This document shows, piece after piece, positions 22,951 to 33,327 of a DNA stretch of 64,000 nt. Positions within the stretch are counted from its first letter, which is position 1; each line of letters opens with the position of its first letter. Source of the stretch: a bacterium (lineage in GTDB: Bacteria; Cyanobacteriota; Vampirovibrionia; Gastranaerophilales; JBAXKC01); NCBI GenBank assembly GCA_037137535.1, contig JBAXKC010000002.1, positions 32,001-96,000 on the forward strand. The letters run 5' to 3'. The notes beneath the pieces were generated by a model. The model was not told the origin of the DNA and searched no databases. It saw nothing but the letters and a program-made list of their open reading frames with translations. Both the position numbers and the translations under genes were made by a program.

Positions 22951-23868
22951 TTGAAAACTATAAATGAAAAATCTAAGCTTTCTCTCATAAAAAAAACAGC
23001 TGATGGAATAAGAAAAAGAGTTCTTGAGCACACTATCACCAATAATGGCGGTTATTTGAGTCAGGCATGCTCTTCTGCCGAAATATTCGCATCACTTTAT
23101 GAAGAAATCATGAATTTAGGTTCAATAGAAGCACCAATGATGCCTGAACAATTCGTTAGTGTCCCGAATAAAAACTTTCCTTTCAAAACAGGGGCTGATT
23201 TTAATGGTAAAAAGTCTGAAGAAACAGATAGGTTTATACTATCGCCAGCACAATATGCTTTAGTTCTATATGCAGCTTTAGTTGAAGTAGGGCGTATGGA
23301 CAATGAAGGAATGCTTCAATTCAACAAAGACGGAAGTACCGTTGAAATGATCGGTGCAGAACATTCACCCGGAATGGAAGTTATGACCGGCTCATTAGGG
23401 CAAGGATTAAGTCAGGCTTCAGGCATTGCAATGGCAAGAAAATTAAAGGGTGAAACCGGTAATGTATGGGTATTTATGTCAGACGGAGAGTTTCAGTCCG
23501 GTCAAAACTGGGAAGCTATTCAAGCAGCTTCATTTCATGAATTAAGCAATCTTAAAATTATTGTTGATGTAAACAGACAACAATGCGATGGAGCAATTAG
23601 CTCTGTTATGACTATTGAACCCTTTGATACTAGATTATCGTCTTTTGGCGCTCATGTAGTTTCACTTAACGGGCATGATATTCAAGGAATAATTGACGCA
23701 GCAAATGTCGATACGGGAAATAAACCACTTGTTATTCTTGCAAATACTAACCCATCAGAAGGATTTGAACTTTTAAATAAAAGAGCTCCGAAGCTTCATT
23801 ATGTTAGATTTACAAGTGCCGAAGAAAAAAGTATGTATGAAAAAGTCCTTGCGGACATAAATAAATAA
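22951..23868 (+). CDS. Split transketolase, N-terminal ThDP-binding subunit (divergent active site; TTG start)
   Basis: DRFILS, TGSLGQG, SDGEFQSGQNWEA..N ThDP motif, NGHD. Confidence 0.9.
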   Translation: MKTINEKSKLSLIKKTADGIRKRVLEHTITNNGGYLSQACSSAEIFASLYEEIMNLGSIEAPMMPEQFVSVPNKNFPFKTGADFNGKKSEETDRFILSPAQYALVLYAALVEVGRMDNEGMLQFNKDGSTVEMIGAEHSPGMEVMTGSLGQGLSQASGIAMARKLKGETGNVWVFMSDGEFQSGQNWEAIQAASFHELSNLKIIVDVNRQQCDGAISSVMTIEPFDTRLSSFGAHVVSLNGHDIQGIIDAANVDTGNKPLVILANTNPSEGFELLNKRAPKLHYVRFTSAEEKSMYEKVLADINK

Positions 23869-23881
23869 TTTAGGAAGAATA

Positions 23882-24889
23882 ATGGAAGTATTATCAAAAG
23901 TTCACGCTAAAAACCTTATAAAATGGGCAGAAGATAAAAAAGAAGTAGTTGTTTTATCAGCTGATTTAACAAGCTCTACAGAAGCAGATTTATTTAGAGA
24001 CACTTACCCTGAAAGATTCTTTTCGATGGGAATAGCAGAACAAAATATGCTAAGTTTTGCAGGTGGAATGGCACGAGAAGGATTTATTCCTTTTATTCAC
24101 ACTTTTGCCGTTTTCATATACAGAAGAGCTTACGATCAAATTGCTATGTCTGTTGCATATCCAAACCTTCCTGTAAAAATGTTTGGATTTTTGCCTGGTA
24201 TAACAACACCTGGTGGAGCTACTCATCAGGCAATAGAAGATATTTCCGTAATGCGCTCGCTTCCTAATATGACAATCTTAGAATGTGGAGATGCAACGGA
24301 AGTTGAATCCGTTACAGAACTTGCCTATTCAATTGATGGACCTGTTTATATAAGAATGTTAAGAGGCGAAATACCTAGATTATTTGATAAATCAGAACCT
24401 ATGGAATTTAAAAAGCCAAGATTACTTTCATCAGGAACTGATATAACGATAATTTCAAGCGGAATATGTACAGAAGAAGCAATGAGGGCAATTACCGCAA
24501 TTAAAAAACGAGGAATATCAGTTTGTCATTACCATATTTCAACATTAAAGCCGTTTGATTTTGACAGTATTGCTGATTCTGTAAAAAACACTAAATATGG
24601 TGTTATAACCATGGAAAATCATTCTGTAATTGGTGGATTAGGCAGTATTATTGCCGAAGGTATTGCAGAAGCAGGAATAAGCACTAAATTCAAAAAAATA
24701 GGACTTCGTGATACGTTTGCTCATGGTGGAAGCAAAAGCTATTTAATGAGCAAATATAAAATTGATGCGATTGCATTAATTGAAGAAGTTGAAAAAATAA
24801 TTGGCGAAAAGCTTAACATTCAAGAGGCCGAACTTGCAAAGGTTCATATTACAGCCGTTCATAGTTTGGCAAAAGCGGAGGCTCTCTAA
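23882..24889 (+). CDS. Split transketolase, C-terminal subunit
   Basis: SADL, MGIAEQNM, RAYDQI, ATHQAIED, GPVYIR, ENHSVIGGLG. Confidence 0.92.
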   Translation: MEVLSKVHAKNLIKWAEDKKEVVVLSADLTSSTEADLFRDTYPERFFSMGIAEQNMLSFAGGMAREGFIPFIHTFAVFIYRRAYDQIAMSVAYPNLPVKMFGFLPGITTPGGATHQAIEDISVMRSLPNMTILECGDATEVESVTELAYSIDGPVYIRMLRGEIPRLFDKSEPMEFKKPRLLSSGTDITIISSGICTEEAMRAITAIKKRGISVCHYHISTLKPFDFDSIADSVKNTKYGVITMENHSVIGGLGSIIAEGIAEAGISTKFKKIGLRDTFAHGGSKSYLMSKYKIDAIALIEEVEKIIGEKLNIQEAELAKVHITAVHSLAKAEAL

Positions 24890-26008
24890 ATGATTTCTAA
24901 TGATCGTTTTATTGTCGAATATTTAATCAAAGGAACAGAAAAAGAAGCCTATGCTAAGGCAGAAGACATTTGCGTAGAACAGACTATAGAATTTCCTAAA
25001 GATTTAGTAACAAGTCAACTAATTCTTGATCAAATAATTGGTAAGATTGATTCATTTGAAAAAGTAGCCGAGGGTTACTTAGCAAAAATCAGCTTTGCAA
25101 TAGAAATAACATCTTTTGAATTTACTCAACTATTAAACGTTATTTTTGGAAATATCAGTATAAAACCAGGCATAAAAGTTCAAAAAATTGACCTGCCAGA
25201 CTCTTTATTAAAACATTTTAGCGGACCTCGTTTTGGAAGAGAAGGAATAAGAAAACTTTTAAATGTCTATGACAGACCATTACTTTTTACTGCTTTAAAA
25301 CCGATGGGTTTATCAGCAAAAGAACTTGGGGAATTAGCTTATAAATTTGCACTAGGCGGAATTGACATAATAAAAGACGATCATGGACTTACAAATCAAA
25401 TTTTTGCACCATTTAACGACAGAGTAAAATACTGCGTTGAAGGTGTAGAAAAGGCTAATGAGGAAACAGGTTTAAACTGTATTTACGTTCCCAATATCAC
25501 AGCATCGTATGATGATACAATGACAAGAGCTGTAAAAGCTAAAGAACTTGGTGCAAAAGGGATTATGCTTGCACCTGCTATTACAGGACTTGATGCAATA
25601 AAAAAACTAGCTGACGATGATAATATGAATCTACCTATTTTTAGTCACCCAGCCTTTCAAGGAAGCTACTTAACCTGTTCTGAAAGTGGATTTTCTCATT
25701 ATGCACTTTTAGGTCAAATTACAAGATTAGCTGGAGCAGATGGAGTTATATATCCAAACTTCGGTGGTCGTTTTGCGTTTACAAAAGAAGAATGTAACAG
25801 TATTGCAAATGGTACTGCTGTTAAAATGGGTGATATAAAAGAAATATTTCCTTGCCCAGGCGGAGGAATGAGCCTTGATAAAATACCTGAAATGGTTGAA
25901 GTATACGGAAAAGAAGTTATTTTCTTAATGGGGGGCGGATTATTCAGACACAGCGATGATCTGGTCGAGAATTGTAGATATTTTAAGAAAATGGTTCAAC
26001 AATTTTAG
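24890..26008 (+). CDS. rlp: RuBisCO-like protein (form IV), resembling the Rhodospirillum rubrum (DeepYkr-type) RLP
   Basis: VEQTIE, FGNIS, GPRFG, ALKPMGL, GGIDIIKDDHGL, SHPA, YPNFGGRF, PGGGM, GGG; ATG immediately follows the upstream TAA. Confidence 0.92.
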   Translation: MISNDRFIVEYLIKGTEKEAYAKAEDICVEQTIEFPKDLVTSQLILDQIIGKIDSFEKVAEGYLAKISFAIEITSFEFTQLLNVIFGNISIKPGIKVQKIDLPDSLLKHFSGPRFGREGIRKLLNVYDRPLLFTALKPMGLSAKELGELAYKFALGGIDIIKDDHGLTNQIFAPFNDRVKYCVEGVEKANEETGLNCIYVPNITASYDDTMTRAVKAKELGAKGIMLAPAITGLDAIKKLADDDNMNLPIFSHPAFQGSYLTCSESGFSHYALLGQITRLAGADGVIYPNFGGRFAFTKEECNSIANGTAVKMGDIKEIFPCPGGGMSLDKIPEMVEVYGKEVIFLMGGGLFRHSDDLVENCRYFKKMVQQF

Positions 26009-26039
26009 GCAGAAATATTTGTTTAAAACAAAATCACTC

Positions 26040-27377
26040 TCAAGCAAACCTATCAATATACAATTTAATATCGAATTTACTTTTTAGTCCGTTATAACTC
26101 ATATAACGGACTTTTCCAAATACTTCTCGATCTTTCCAAGCTCGGTCATGAAGTCCACCTATTGACCATAAAATACCAACATATCCATTTGGATCTCTAC
26201 CATCAAGTTCATATTTATCATTAAGGTAAATGGCTATTTTAATTGCATCTTCAGGTGATCGTGTCCATTCAAGAATTTTTTTTGCCCAATACATTCTTAG
26301 ATAACCATGCATTTTACCTTTTATTTTCATTTCATTCTGACAAGCATTCCATATTAAATCATGCGTTTTTGCACTTTCAAACTCTTCCAACGAATAAATA
26401 TAACTTCTTATATCACTTCTATGATTATTTAAACTTTGCTTTGCCCAGTTAGGTAGTCCATTAAAATTATCATAATCAGAGTTATAATAACAAAAATTAT
26501 CTGATAACTCTTTGCGTACAATTAATTCTTCTAAAAAACTTTCTTTAGATAACTCAAAATTTGATTTATTTACTTCAATAGCAATTCGTTGTGAAGAAAT
26601 TTGCCCAAAATGTAAATATGGTGATAAGTTTGACAAAGCTGGAACATTTGGATTATTTCTATCTTTAGAATAATTACAAAGCTTTTCTTCAATAAAACTC
26701 TGCAATAATAATTTAGCTTCTTCTTCACCTGATTTCAGACCGTCAACAGGTTTTACTTCAAAATTGATTTCTAAATTTCTATAAACTAAATCCCAATTAT
26801 TAATATATTTATATTTAGAACAATCATATTCATTTGGATTAACAGAAGGAAATTCTTCTAAAAACTCGGGCAATTGACGCTTAATTTTATTTCTAATCGT
26901 ATAAGCACCATATTCTAACTTTGGTGATGCCTCCCATACCGGAACAATATTATGAGTATCCACTTCAAAAAAAGGAATATAAATTTTATTTAGAATATTA
27001 TTTTTCCACTCTCTTTTTATTTTTAATGGATCAAAATCTGTAATCAAACATGAAGCTTGTACCTCAGAAATAAAATTTGATAATTCTTCAACAGGATTAC
27101 CACTCAATAAAATAAAAGGAAAGTTATAATCAGTAAACTTCTTTTCTAACTCGATTAATCCATTTATCATAAAATCATATTGCTTAAATGTTGCATCTAA
27201 AAAATTTGGAACAAGACAAAAGCACACAATAACAGGTTGTTTGAATTTATTAGACAGTTCTTGAGCATAAACTAAAGCCCAATTATCACTAAATCGCTGA
27301 TCACGACTAATCCATAAAACAATAGGACCTGTTTTAAATTCTTTATCATTAAGTTTTCTTATACGTTTTAAATTCAT
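26040..27377 (-). CDS. phrB: Class II CPD DNA photolyase
   Basis: RDQR..DNWAL, SNLSPYLHFGQIS, EELIVRKELSDNF, KMHGYLRMYWAKKILEW, DGRDPNGY. Confidence 0.95.
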   Translation of the reverse strand: MNLKRIRKLNDKEFKTGPIVLWISRDQRFSDNWALVYAQELSNKFKQPVIVCFCLVPNFLDATFKQYDFMINGLIELEKKFTDYNFPFILLSGNPVEELSNFISEVQASCLITDFDPLKIKREWKNNILNKIYIPFFEVDTHNIVPVWEASPKLEYGAYTIRNKIKRQLPEFLEEFPSVNPNEYDCSKYKYINNWDLVYRNLEINFEVKPVDGLKSGEEEAKLLLQSFIEEKLCNYSKDRNNPNVPALSNLSPYLHFGQISSQRIAIEVNKSNFELSKESFLEELIVRKELSDNFCYYNSDYDNFNGLPNWAKQSLNNHRSDIRSYIYSLEEFESAKTHDLIWNACQNEMKIKGKMHGYLRMYWAKKILEWTRSPEDAIKIAIYLNDKYELDGRDPNGYVGILWSIGGLHDRAWKDREVFGKVRYMSYNGLKSKFDIKLYIDRFA

Positions 27378-27520
27378 TATTAAAAAATTATCTCTAAATT
27401 ATTATTTATTATTACATTTATAATCATTTAAATATATAATCAGTAAAACTGAAATTTACACTATAATATAAGTATATTAAATATTTCTGTATTAATTAAA
27501 TAAACTAAGTAAAGTATTAA

Positions 27521-28042
27521 ATGATAGATTTATTAATTTTCTCCACTATATATAAACAAAACCTTAGCGGCTATGCGATAAAGGCTTACATAGACGGCAA
27601 TTACAGTCCATTCTTTAAAATAAGCACAGGTGCAATATATCCTGTTTTAAAAAAATTGATAAATAATAATTTAATTATAGAAAATTCTTCCTTTTCTCAA
27701 GGTGGCCAAAAAAAAATTATTTATTCCATAACAAATAAAGGAAAAGATTTCTTTTTAAAAAAATTATTGGAAAATTTTTCCAATTCTCCTCAAAATGCTC
27801 AAAATGAATTTATTGCAAAATTTCTTTGCTTAAATGAATTAGAAATAGAATATAAATTAGAAATTATTAATAAATTAGACAAATATCTCGAATATGAAAA
27901 ATTAAAACTGGAAAAACATATATTAAAGTTAAAAGAAAATTCTCAAAATAAATTTTTACTAAGATTAGTTGAATCAAAGCAGTTTGAACTTAATGAAAAG
28001 AAAATGATGCTTAAACAAATAAAATCAGTACAAAATCTATAA
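27521..28042 (+). CDS. PadR-family transcriptional regulator
   Basis: SGYAI, STGAIYPVLKKL, KIIYSITNKG. Confidence 0.88.
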   Translation: MIDLLIFSTIYKQNLSGYAIKAYIDGNYSPFFKISTGAIYPVLKKLINNNLIIENSSFSQGGQKKIIYSITNKGKDFFLKKLLENFSNSPQNAQNEFIAKFLCLNELEIEYKLEIINKLDKYLEYEKLKLEKHILKLKENSQNKFLLRLVESKQFELNEKKMMLKQIKSVQNL

Positions 28043-28047
28043 GTTCA

Positions 28048-29394
28048 TTATTTTTTTACCTTTTCAAGAACTTTTGAAATTGTAACTCTAAATTTTCCAT
28101 TTTTATCAGGTAAAATTTCATCTGGATACTCAAATTCATAACGAATATCTTCTTTTTGAGTCAGATTATTAAGAATTTTAATCATTTTATCTTGATTATA
28201 AGGTCTACTTTCAGCTGAACAAACTAGATTAATCCTAAAGTAATCAAAATCTTCTTGAATTATTTTATATTGCTTAACTTCTTTCATTTCACGAGCAATA
28301 AACCAACCCATTGCCGATGTGGGTATGACTTTACCATCACTTAAAAGAAAATGATCGCTTATTCGGCCTACTTTAAAGTCCATTAAAGGATAAGGTAATC
28401 CACAAGTACAAGTTTTGTCGGTTGGTAAGCCTGTATCGCCGATATCATATCTTAACAACGGCATCCCTTTAATATATAAAGGCGTACAAATTATTTTTTT
28501 TACATCATTTGTACCTTCTATATCTTCATATTCAACTAAAACCTCATCAATATTGACATGCATGTTGCCATGCCTGCACTCATGCGCAATACAAGGCATT
28601 TCTGAAGAACCGTATTGATCATAAACAGGAGCATTAAAAGCTTTATTTAAAACATCTCTACCATTTAACGGTTCAGCGGTAGAAAAAACGCCTTCGACAC
28701 CATCAATTTTAATATTGTTCTCAACTATAAACTTTGCAAACTCTGTCAAAAGAGCAGAATATCCGTAAACTTGTTTAGGCTTAAATTGTTGTAAATCTTC
28801 AACCCATTTCATCATGTCTGATTTTGATGATTTTCTTGTATCTAAAAGAAGTTTCCGCCTTAAAGTTAAGCCCATCTTTCTTTTGAAATTATTTAGCTCA
28901 TCAAGTCTTTTTAAATCTGAAACAACCCATGCAGATTTATCCCAATAATTCCAGCCCACCCATGAGTTAGATCGGTATCTTAAAGCAAAACCATATTCCT
29001 GATCCTCTTTGCTTTTATATATTTTTAACGGAATACCTGTAGAGCCGCCTGTTGTAGAAAAAATCAAATCATTTTGACTTAAACTCATATCTAAAAGTTT
29101 TTCATGTTGATCCCTGATTACAGTTTTATCCAAAATAGGAATTTGGGAATAATCCTTTAATGTTTTGATATCATCAGGAATAATATTAAGAGAATTGAAC
29201 AATTCAGTATAATATGGGATATTTTTATAACAATGATTTAGTAATTTCTTTAAATTAGACCATTGTAAATTTTTTAATTCCTCTGTCATCAAATAATCGC
29301 GTTTTTTTATTTGATTATAATACTTAATTCTATTATGACCTTTATAAATATTTATCGAAGGCAAAATTATATTTTTATAAAAAAAATCTTCCAT
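28048..29394 (-). CDS. Phenylacetate-CoA ligase / CapK-like adenylate-forming enzyme
   Basis: TTGGSTG, YGSSE, MPLLRYDIGD, CTCG, GRISD. Confidence 0.85.
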   Translation of the reverse strand: MEDFFYKNIILPSINIYKGHNRIKYYNQIKKRDYLMTEELKNLQWSNLKKLLNHCYKNIPYYTELFNSLNIIPDDIKTLKDYSQIPILDKTVIRDQHEKLLDMSLSQNDLIFSTTGGSTGIPLKIYKSKEDQEYGFALRYRSNSWVGWNYWDKSAWVVSDLKRLDELNNFKRKMGLTLRRKLLLDTRKSSKSDMMKWVEDLQQFKPKQVYGYSALLTEFAKFIVENNIKIDGVEGVFSTAEPLNGRDVLNKAFNAPVYDQYGSSEMPCIAHECRHGNMHVNIDEVLVEYEDIEGTNDVKKIICTPLYIKGMPLLRYDIGDTGLPTDKTCTCGLPYPLMDFKVGRISDHFLLSDGKVIPTSAMGWFIAREMKEVKQYKIIQEDFDYFRINLVCSAESRPYNQDKMIKILNNLTQKEDIRYEFEYPDEILPDKNGKFRVTISKVLEKVKK

Positions 29395-29583
29395 TTATAA
29401 CCTCAGTCCAATGTTAATACCATCCGATAAACTTTATACAAAAAATTATAAATATTTGTTATAGCCTATTGACTAATAGCCAAAGGTATTTAACGAGTTA
29501 AATTAGATAAAATATTATATATTAGAGCAATTTTTGACATTTTATTGTTTTAATATATGTATAGATGTTTATGAGGTTGGCAA

Positions 29584-30249
29584 ATGAATTTAGTAAGATT
29601 ACCAATAATAGACAAAAGCCATCTTAAAACCTATAGTCAACTGATTGTCCCTACTGTTGCAGTAGCGGCAACTTTTAGCAAAGCCTATCAATTTGACGAT
29701 AAACAAGAACAAGTGAACCACTTATCTAATAATTTATCAACAAATTTTACAGCAGTAGCACTTCAAAAAATTCCTTACGGAGTTTTCAATGTGGTTGCAG
29801 CAGCAGCAACATTTATAAGAACTTTTGATGAAAAGACAAAATATGATAAAGTCTGCTCAGTCGTTCAAGATAGCAGTTGGATTGCATGCGGTCTTGCAGT
29901 TCAACGATTATTAAAAAATAACCCTTTATTTAAACACTCTGTTTGTGCAGGAAATGGAGCAGTTAATAAATTAATGGCTTTTATATATGATTTATGCACA
30001 TTTACAATTGGTACAAACCTAGTTGCTCCTAAACTGGAGAAATTTATACGACATATATTTGTAGATCCGTTTGTGGCAAGAAATCCTCAAAGTAGATTCG
30101 GCAAGGAAAATGACCTTAACTCTTACGATAAATTTGAACTTGTAAGCGATAAATTAAAAGAAGCACAAAGTGCTGATTCTCCGTTACCTATAAGAATGGA
30201 TAGATTTAATCTTGCAAGAATTCGTGAGGCAAAACCCGGAAAAGCATAA
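29584..30249 (+). CDS. Hypothetical protein
   Basis: 221-aa ORF with GAGGT RBS; no motif assigned. Confidence 0.7.
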   Translation: MNLVRLPIIDKSHLKTYSQLIVPTVAVAATFSKAYQFDDKQEQVNHLSNNLSTNFTAVALQKIPYGVFNVVAAAATFIRTFDEKTKYDKVCSVVQDSSWIACGLAVQRLLKNNPLFKHSVCAGNGAVNKLMAFIYDLCTFTIGTNLVAPKLEKFIRHIFVDPFVARNPQSRFGKENDLNSYDKFELVSDKLKEAQSADSPLPIRMDRFNLARIREAKPGKA

Positions 30250-30348
30250 TTTGAAATATGTAATTAAATAGTTAGGTCTTGTGATGGCTTCTATTAACAT
30301 GATAAGATTTATCCATTGCTTTTAAATAAGGTTTTGGAGAAATATTTT

Positions 30349-30879
30349 ATGACAAAAGGATATTTAAAAAAATGTATCCTCGGAGCTATGTCAATATTGA
30401 TACTAACAGGATGTGTCTACAATCCTTCCATTGAAAAATTAAATAAAATGGCAATGGATCAAATGCAAAGCGGTAATTATGATGCTGCAATACAAAAATT
30501 ACAAGCAATAAATGATCTGGATTCAACAATAGCAAATAACTACTATAATCTTGGTATTGCATATTCACAAAAAGAAGATTATGAAAATTCAATAAAAAAT
30601 TTCAGAAAAGCAATAAGACTAAATCCTACCTACGCTAAATCTTATTTCAGCTTAGCCGTTGTAGAGGAAAATTATTCAATAACATTAAGTAATGATGAAA
30701 ATAAATTAAAAGATAAAAATAAAGTTAAACAAATTATTGATTTATTAACAGATGCAAATAAAAACTACTCTGACTATATAACTAAACCAAAAGCGCAAGA
30801 TATTCCGACTGTTAACCAAAAATTCGCTGTTATTAAAGCTGATATAGAAAAATATAGCCAAATATACTCAAAACTCTAA
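30349..30879 (+). CDS. TPR-containing lipoprotein
   Basis: Lipobox LTGC after a hydrophobic stretch; TPR YYNLGIAY..AIRLNP. Start moved to ATG 30349 behind GGAGA. Confidence 0.82.
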   Translation: MTKGYLKKCILGAMSILILTGCVYNPSIEKLNKMAMDQMQSGNYDAAIQKLQAINDLDSTIANNYYNLGIAYSQKEDYENSIKNFRKAIRLNPTYAKSYFSLAVVEENYSITLSNDENKLKDKNKVKQIIDLLTDANKNYSDYITKPKAQDIPTVNQKFAVIKADIEKYSQIYSKL

Positions 30880-30896
30880 GAAAAGAGTTTAAATTA

Positions 30897-31694
30897 ATGT
30901 TTAGATCTCCTGGAGAAATTGCACTTAAATTAGGATTATTCCAAATTCACTGGTATGGAATAATAATTTGTATTGCGTTCTTTACAGGCTTTGTAATTGT
31001 CTTAAAATTATCGAAAAAGTTTGATATGTCAGAAGATCAAATTTACGATATATCTTTTTATTCCTTAATTAGCGCTATTATAGGGGCTAGGTTTTATTAT
31101 GTTCTTGTAAACCTACATTATTTTCTTACATATCCTCAAGAAATAATAATGGTATGGCATGGTGGAATATCAATACATGGTGCAATCTTTGGCGGTCTTA
31201 TATCGCTTTATGTTTATTCAAAAAAACAAAGTATAAATTTTCTGAAATTGACAGATTTATTTTCCATAGGACTTATATTAGGTCAATCAATTGGAAGATG
31301 GGGAAATTTCTTTAATTCGGAAGCCTTTGGAAAACCAACCAATTTACCATGGAAACTATACATACCTTTAGCCAAAAGACCTGTAGAGTACATAAATTAT
31401 CAATATTTTCATCCTACATTCTTATATGAATCAGTCTGGAACTTAATAGTATTTATATTGTTATTATTAACTCTTAACTATAAAAAGAACTTAAAAATAG
31501 GAGAATTAACCTGTTTATATTTCATTTTTTATTCAATAGGCAGAGCTTTTATTGAACAATTAAGAGTAGATAGTGTTTTTAGTCCGCATAACATCCCAAT
31601 TGCTTTTATTATCAGCATATTTTTAATTTTAACAGGTATTACAGGATTAGTTCTTATAGCTTTTCACGGCAAAAAATACAAAGAGAACATTTAA
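30897..31694 (+). CDS. lgt: Prolipoprotein diacylglyceryl transferase
   Basis: HWYG, GARFYY, GGISIHG, IGRWGNFFNSE, HPTFLYES. Confidence 0.97.
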   Translation: MFRSPGEIALKLGLFQIHWYGIIICIAFFTGFVIVLKLSKKFDMSEDQIYDISFYSLISAIIGARFYYVLVNLHYFLTYPQEIIMVWHGGISIHGAIFGGLISLYVYSKKQSINFLKLTDLFSIGLILGQSIGRWGNFFNSEAFGKPTNLPWKLYIPLAKRPVEYINYQYFHPTFLYESVWNLIVFILLLLTLNYKKNLKIGELTCLYFIFYSIGRAFIEQLRVDSVFSPHNIPIAFIISIFLILTGITGLVLIAFHGKKYKENI

Positions 31695-31774
31695 TTTTAA
31701 ATGCATTTATTTGAAATTGAAGTTTTTGCGTTGTATGCTTTAACGTGGAAATAAATTAATAAAGGGTAATATTT

Positions 31775-32548
31775 ATGACCTTAACAATAGCAGGCAAAAC
31801 ATTTAATTCCAGACTAATGGCTGGAACAGGAAAATTCAAAGATTTTGAAACAATGCAGAAAGCTCACGCAGCAAGCGGAGCAGAAATTATAACTGTTGCG
31901 GTAAGAAGAGTTGATACAGGAGCTCCCGGTCATGTAGGGTTAATGGACTATATAGACATGGACAAATACTGGATTCTACCAAACACAGCGGGTTGCGCAA
32001 CGGCCGAAGAAGCTGTAAGAGTTGCTAGACTGGCAAAAGCAATGGGCTTAAATAATTGGATAAAACTTGAAGTAATTCCAGATCCAAAATATTTACTGCC
32101 CGATCCGGTTGGAACGTATGAAGCAGCAAAAATATTAGTTGATGAAGGTTTTGTAGTTCTTCCTTATATTAATGCTGACCCGATACTTGCAAAAAGATTG
32201 GAAGATATTGGTTGCGCTACAGTAATGCCTTTAGCTTCGCCAATTGGCACAGGACAAGGCGTTAAAACACTTGAACAAATTAAAATTATTATTGAACAAT
32301 CAAATGTACCTGTTGTTGTTGATGCAGGACTGGGCGTTCCATCGGAAGCAGCGCAAGTTATGGAACTTGGTGCAGACTTTGTAATGGTAAATACTGCCAT
32401 TGCTGGAGCAGAAGCCCCTGTAAAAATGGCAGAAGCATTTAAACTCGGAGTAGAAGCAGGAAGATTAGCTTATGAGTCAGGAAGAATGCCTATTAAAGCA
32501 TATGCAAGTGCATCATCTCCACTAACAGGAATAGTTGGAAAGAACTAA
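31775..32548 (+). CDS. thiG: Thiazole synthase
   Basis: [36 protein letters not shown]. Confidence 0.97.
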   Translation: MTLTIAGKTFNSRLMAGTGKFKDFETMQKAHAASGAEIITVAVRRVDTGAPGHVGLMDYIDMDKYWILPNTAGCATAEEAVRVARLAKAMGLNNWIKLEVIPDPKYLLPDPVGTYEAAKILVDEGFVVLPYINADPILAKRLEDIGCATVMPLASPIGTGQGVKTLEQIKIIIEQSNVPVVVDAGLGVPSEAAQVMELGADFVMVNTAIAGAEAPVKMAEAFKLGVEAGRLAYESGRMPIKAYASASSPLTGIVGKN

Positions 32549-32550
32549 AC

Positions 32551-33312
32551 TTAATTATTTAGTCCAAATAGCAAACTTAACCCATCAAGAGTTAAATTAG
32601 GACTAAAATAATCAATAGGTCTTTTTAAATAATTTTTAATAATTTGAGAATATCCGCCCGTTGCTATTGTAGTGACGGGCATATTTAATTCATCTTCTAT
32701 TCTGGCAATAATACCTTCAGTTAAAGCAGCATGCCCGATTACAATACCACTTAACATATTATCAATAGTATTACGACCAATTACATTTTGCGGAGTTGCA
32801 ATTTTTATATTAGGCAATAAAGAAGTATTTGAACTTAAGGCATTAGCTGAAATATTTAAGCCTGGAGCAATTACACCACCTATAAACTCGTCTTTATATA
32901 AAACATCAAAAGTAGTAGCTGTACCAAAATCGATTACAACAGCAGGCGAACCATACGTTTTATAAGCAGCATAAGCATTTGCAATTCTATCCGCACCAAC
33001 CTGCTTGGGGTTTTCAACATTTAATTTTACACCTGTATTTATTTTATGAGATAAAACCATAACAGGTATACCTAAATATTTTTTAATAGCTTTCTCAAAG
33101 GTTTCAGTCAAGGGAAGAACAACACTTGCGACAATTGCATGATTAATTTTATTTTCTAAACCTTTATGATTAATAATCGAACTTAAAATAATGCCATATT
33201 CATCTTCAAGTCTGTCTTTTTCACTTTTAAAACGCCAACAGTCTAATAAAATACCATTTTCATAAATTCCAAGCGTTATATTTGTGTTTCCAATGTCTGC
33301 AGTAAGAAGCAT
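32551..33312 (-). CDS. coaX: Type III pantothenate kinase
   Basis: DIGNTN, VGADR, DFGTATT, ATGG. Confidence 0.96.
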   Translation of the reverse strand: MLLTADIGNTNITLGIYENGILLDCWRFKSEKDRLEDEYGIILSSIINHKGLENKINHAIVASVVLPLTETFEKAIKKYLGIPVMVLSHKINTGVKLNVENPKQVGADRIANAYAAYKTYGSPAVVIDFGTATTFDVLYKDEFIGGVIAPGLNISANALSSNTSLLPNIKIATPQNVIGRNTIDNMLSGIVIGHAALTEGIIARIEDELNMPVTTIATGGYSQIIKNYLKRPIDYFSPNLTLDGLSLLFGLNN

Positions 33313-33327
33313 TTTAACCTCAACTTA

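Noticed and set aside
24890-26008. Bona fide CO2-fixing RuBisCO / Calvin cycle
   Set aside because: KDDH instead of KDDE, no loop-6 lysine motif, only 372 aa, and no small subunit or phosphoribulokinase in the window. It is a form IV protein.
31695-31774. TPP riboswitch upstream of thiG
   Set aside because: Only 80 bp, AT-rich, and no CTGAGA core.
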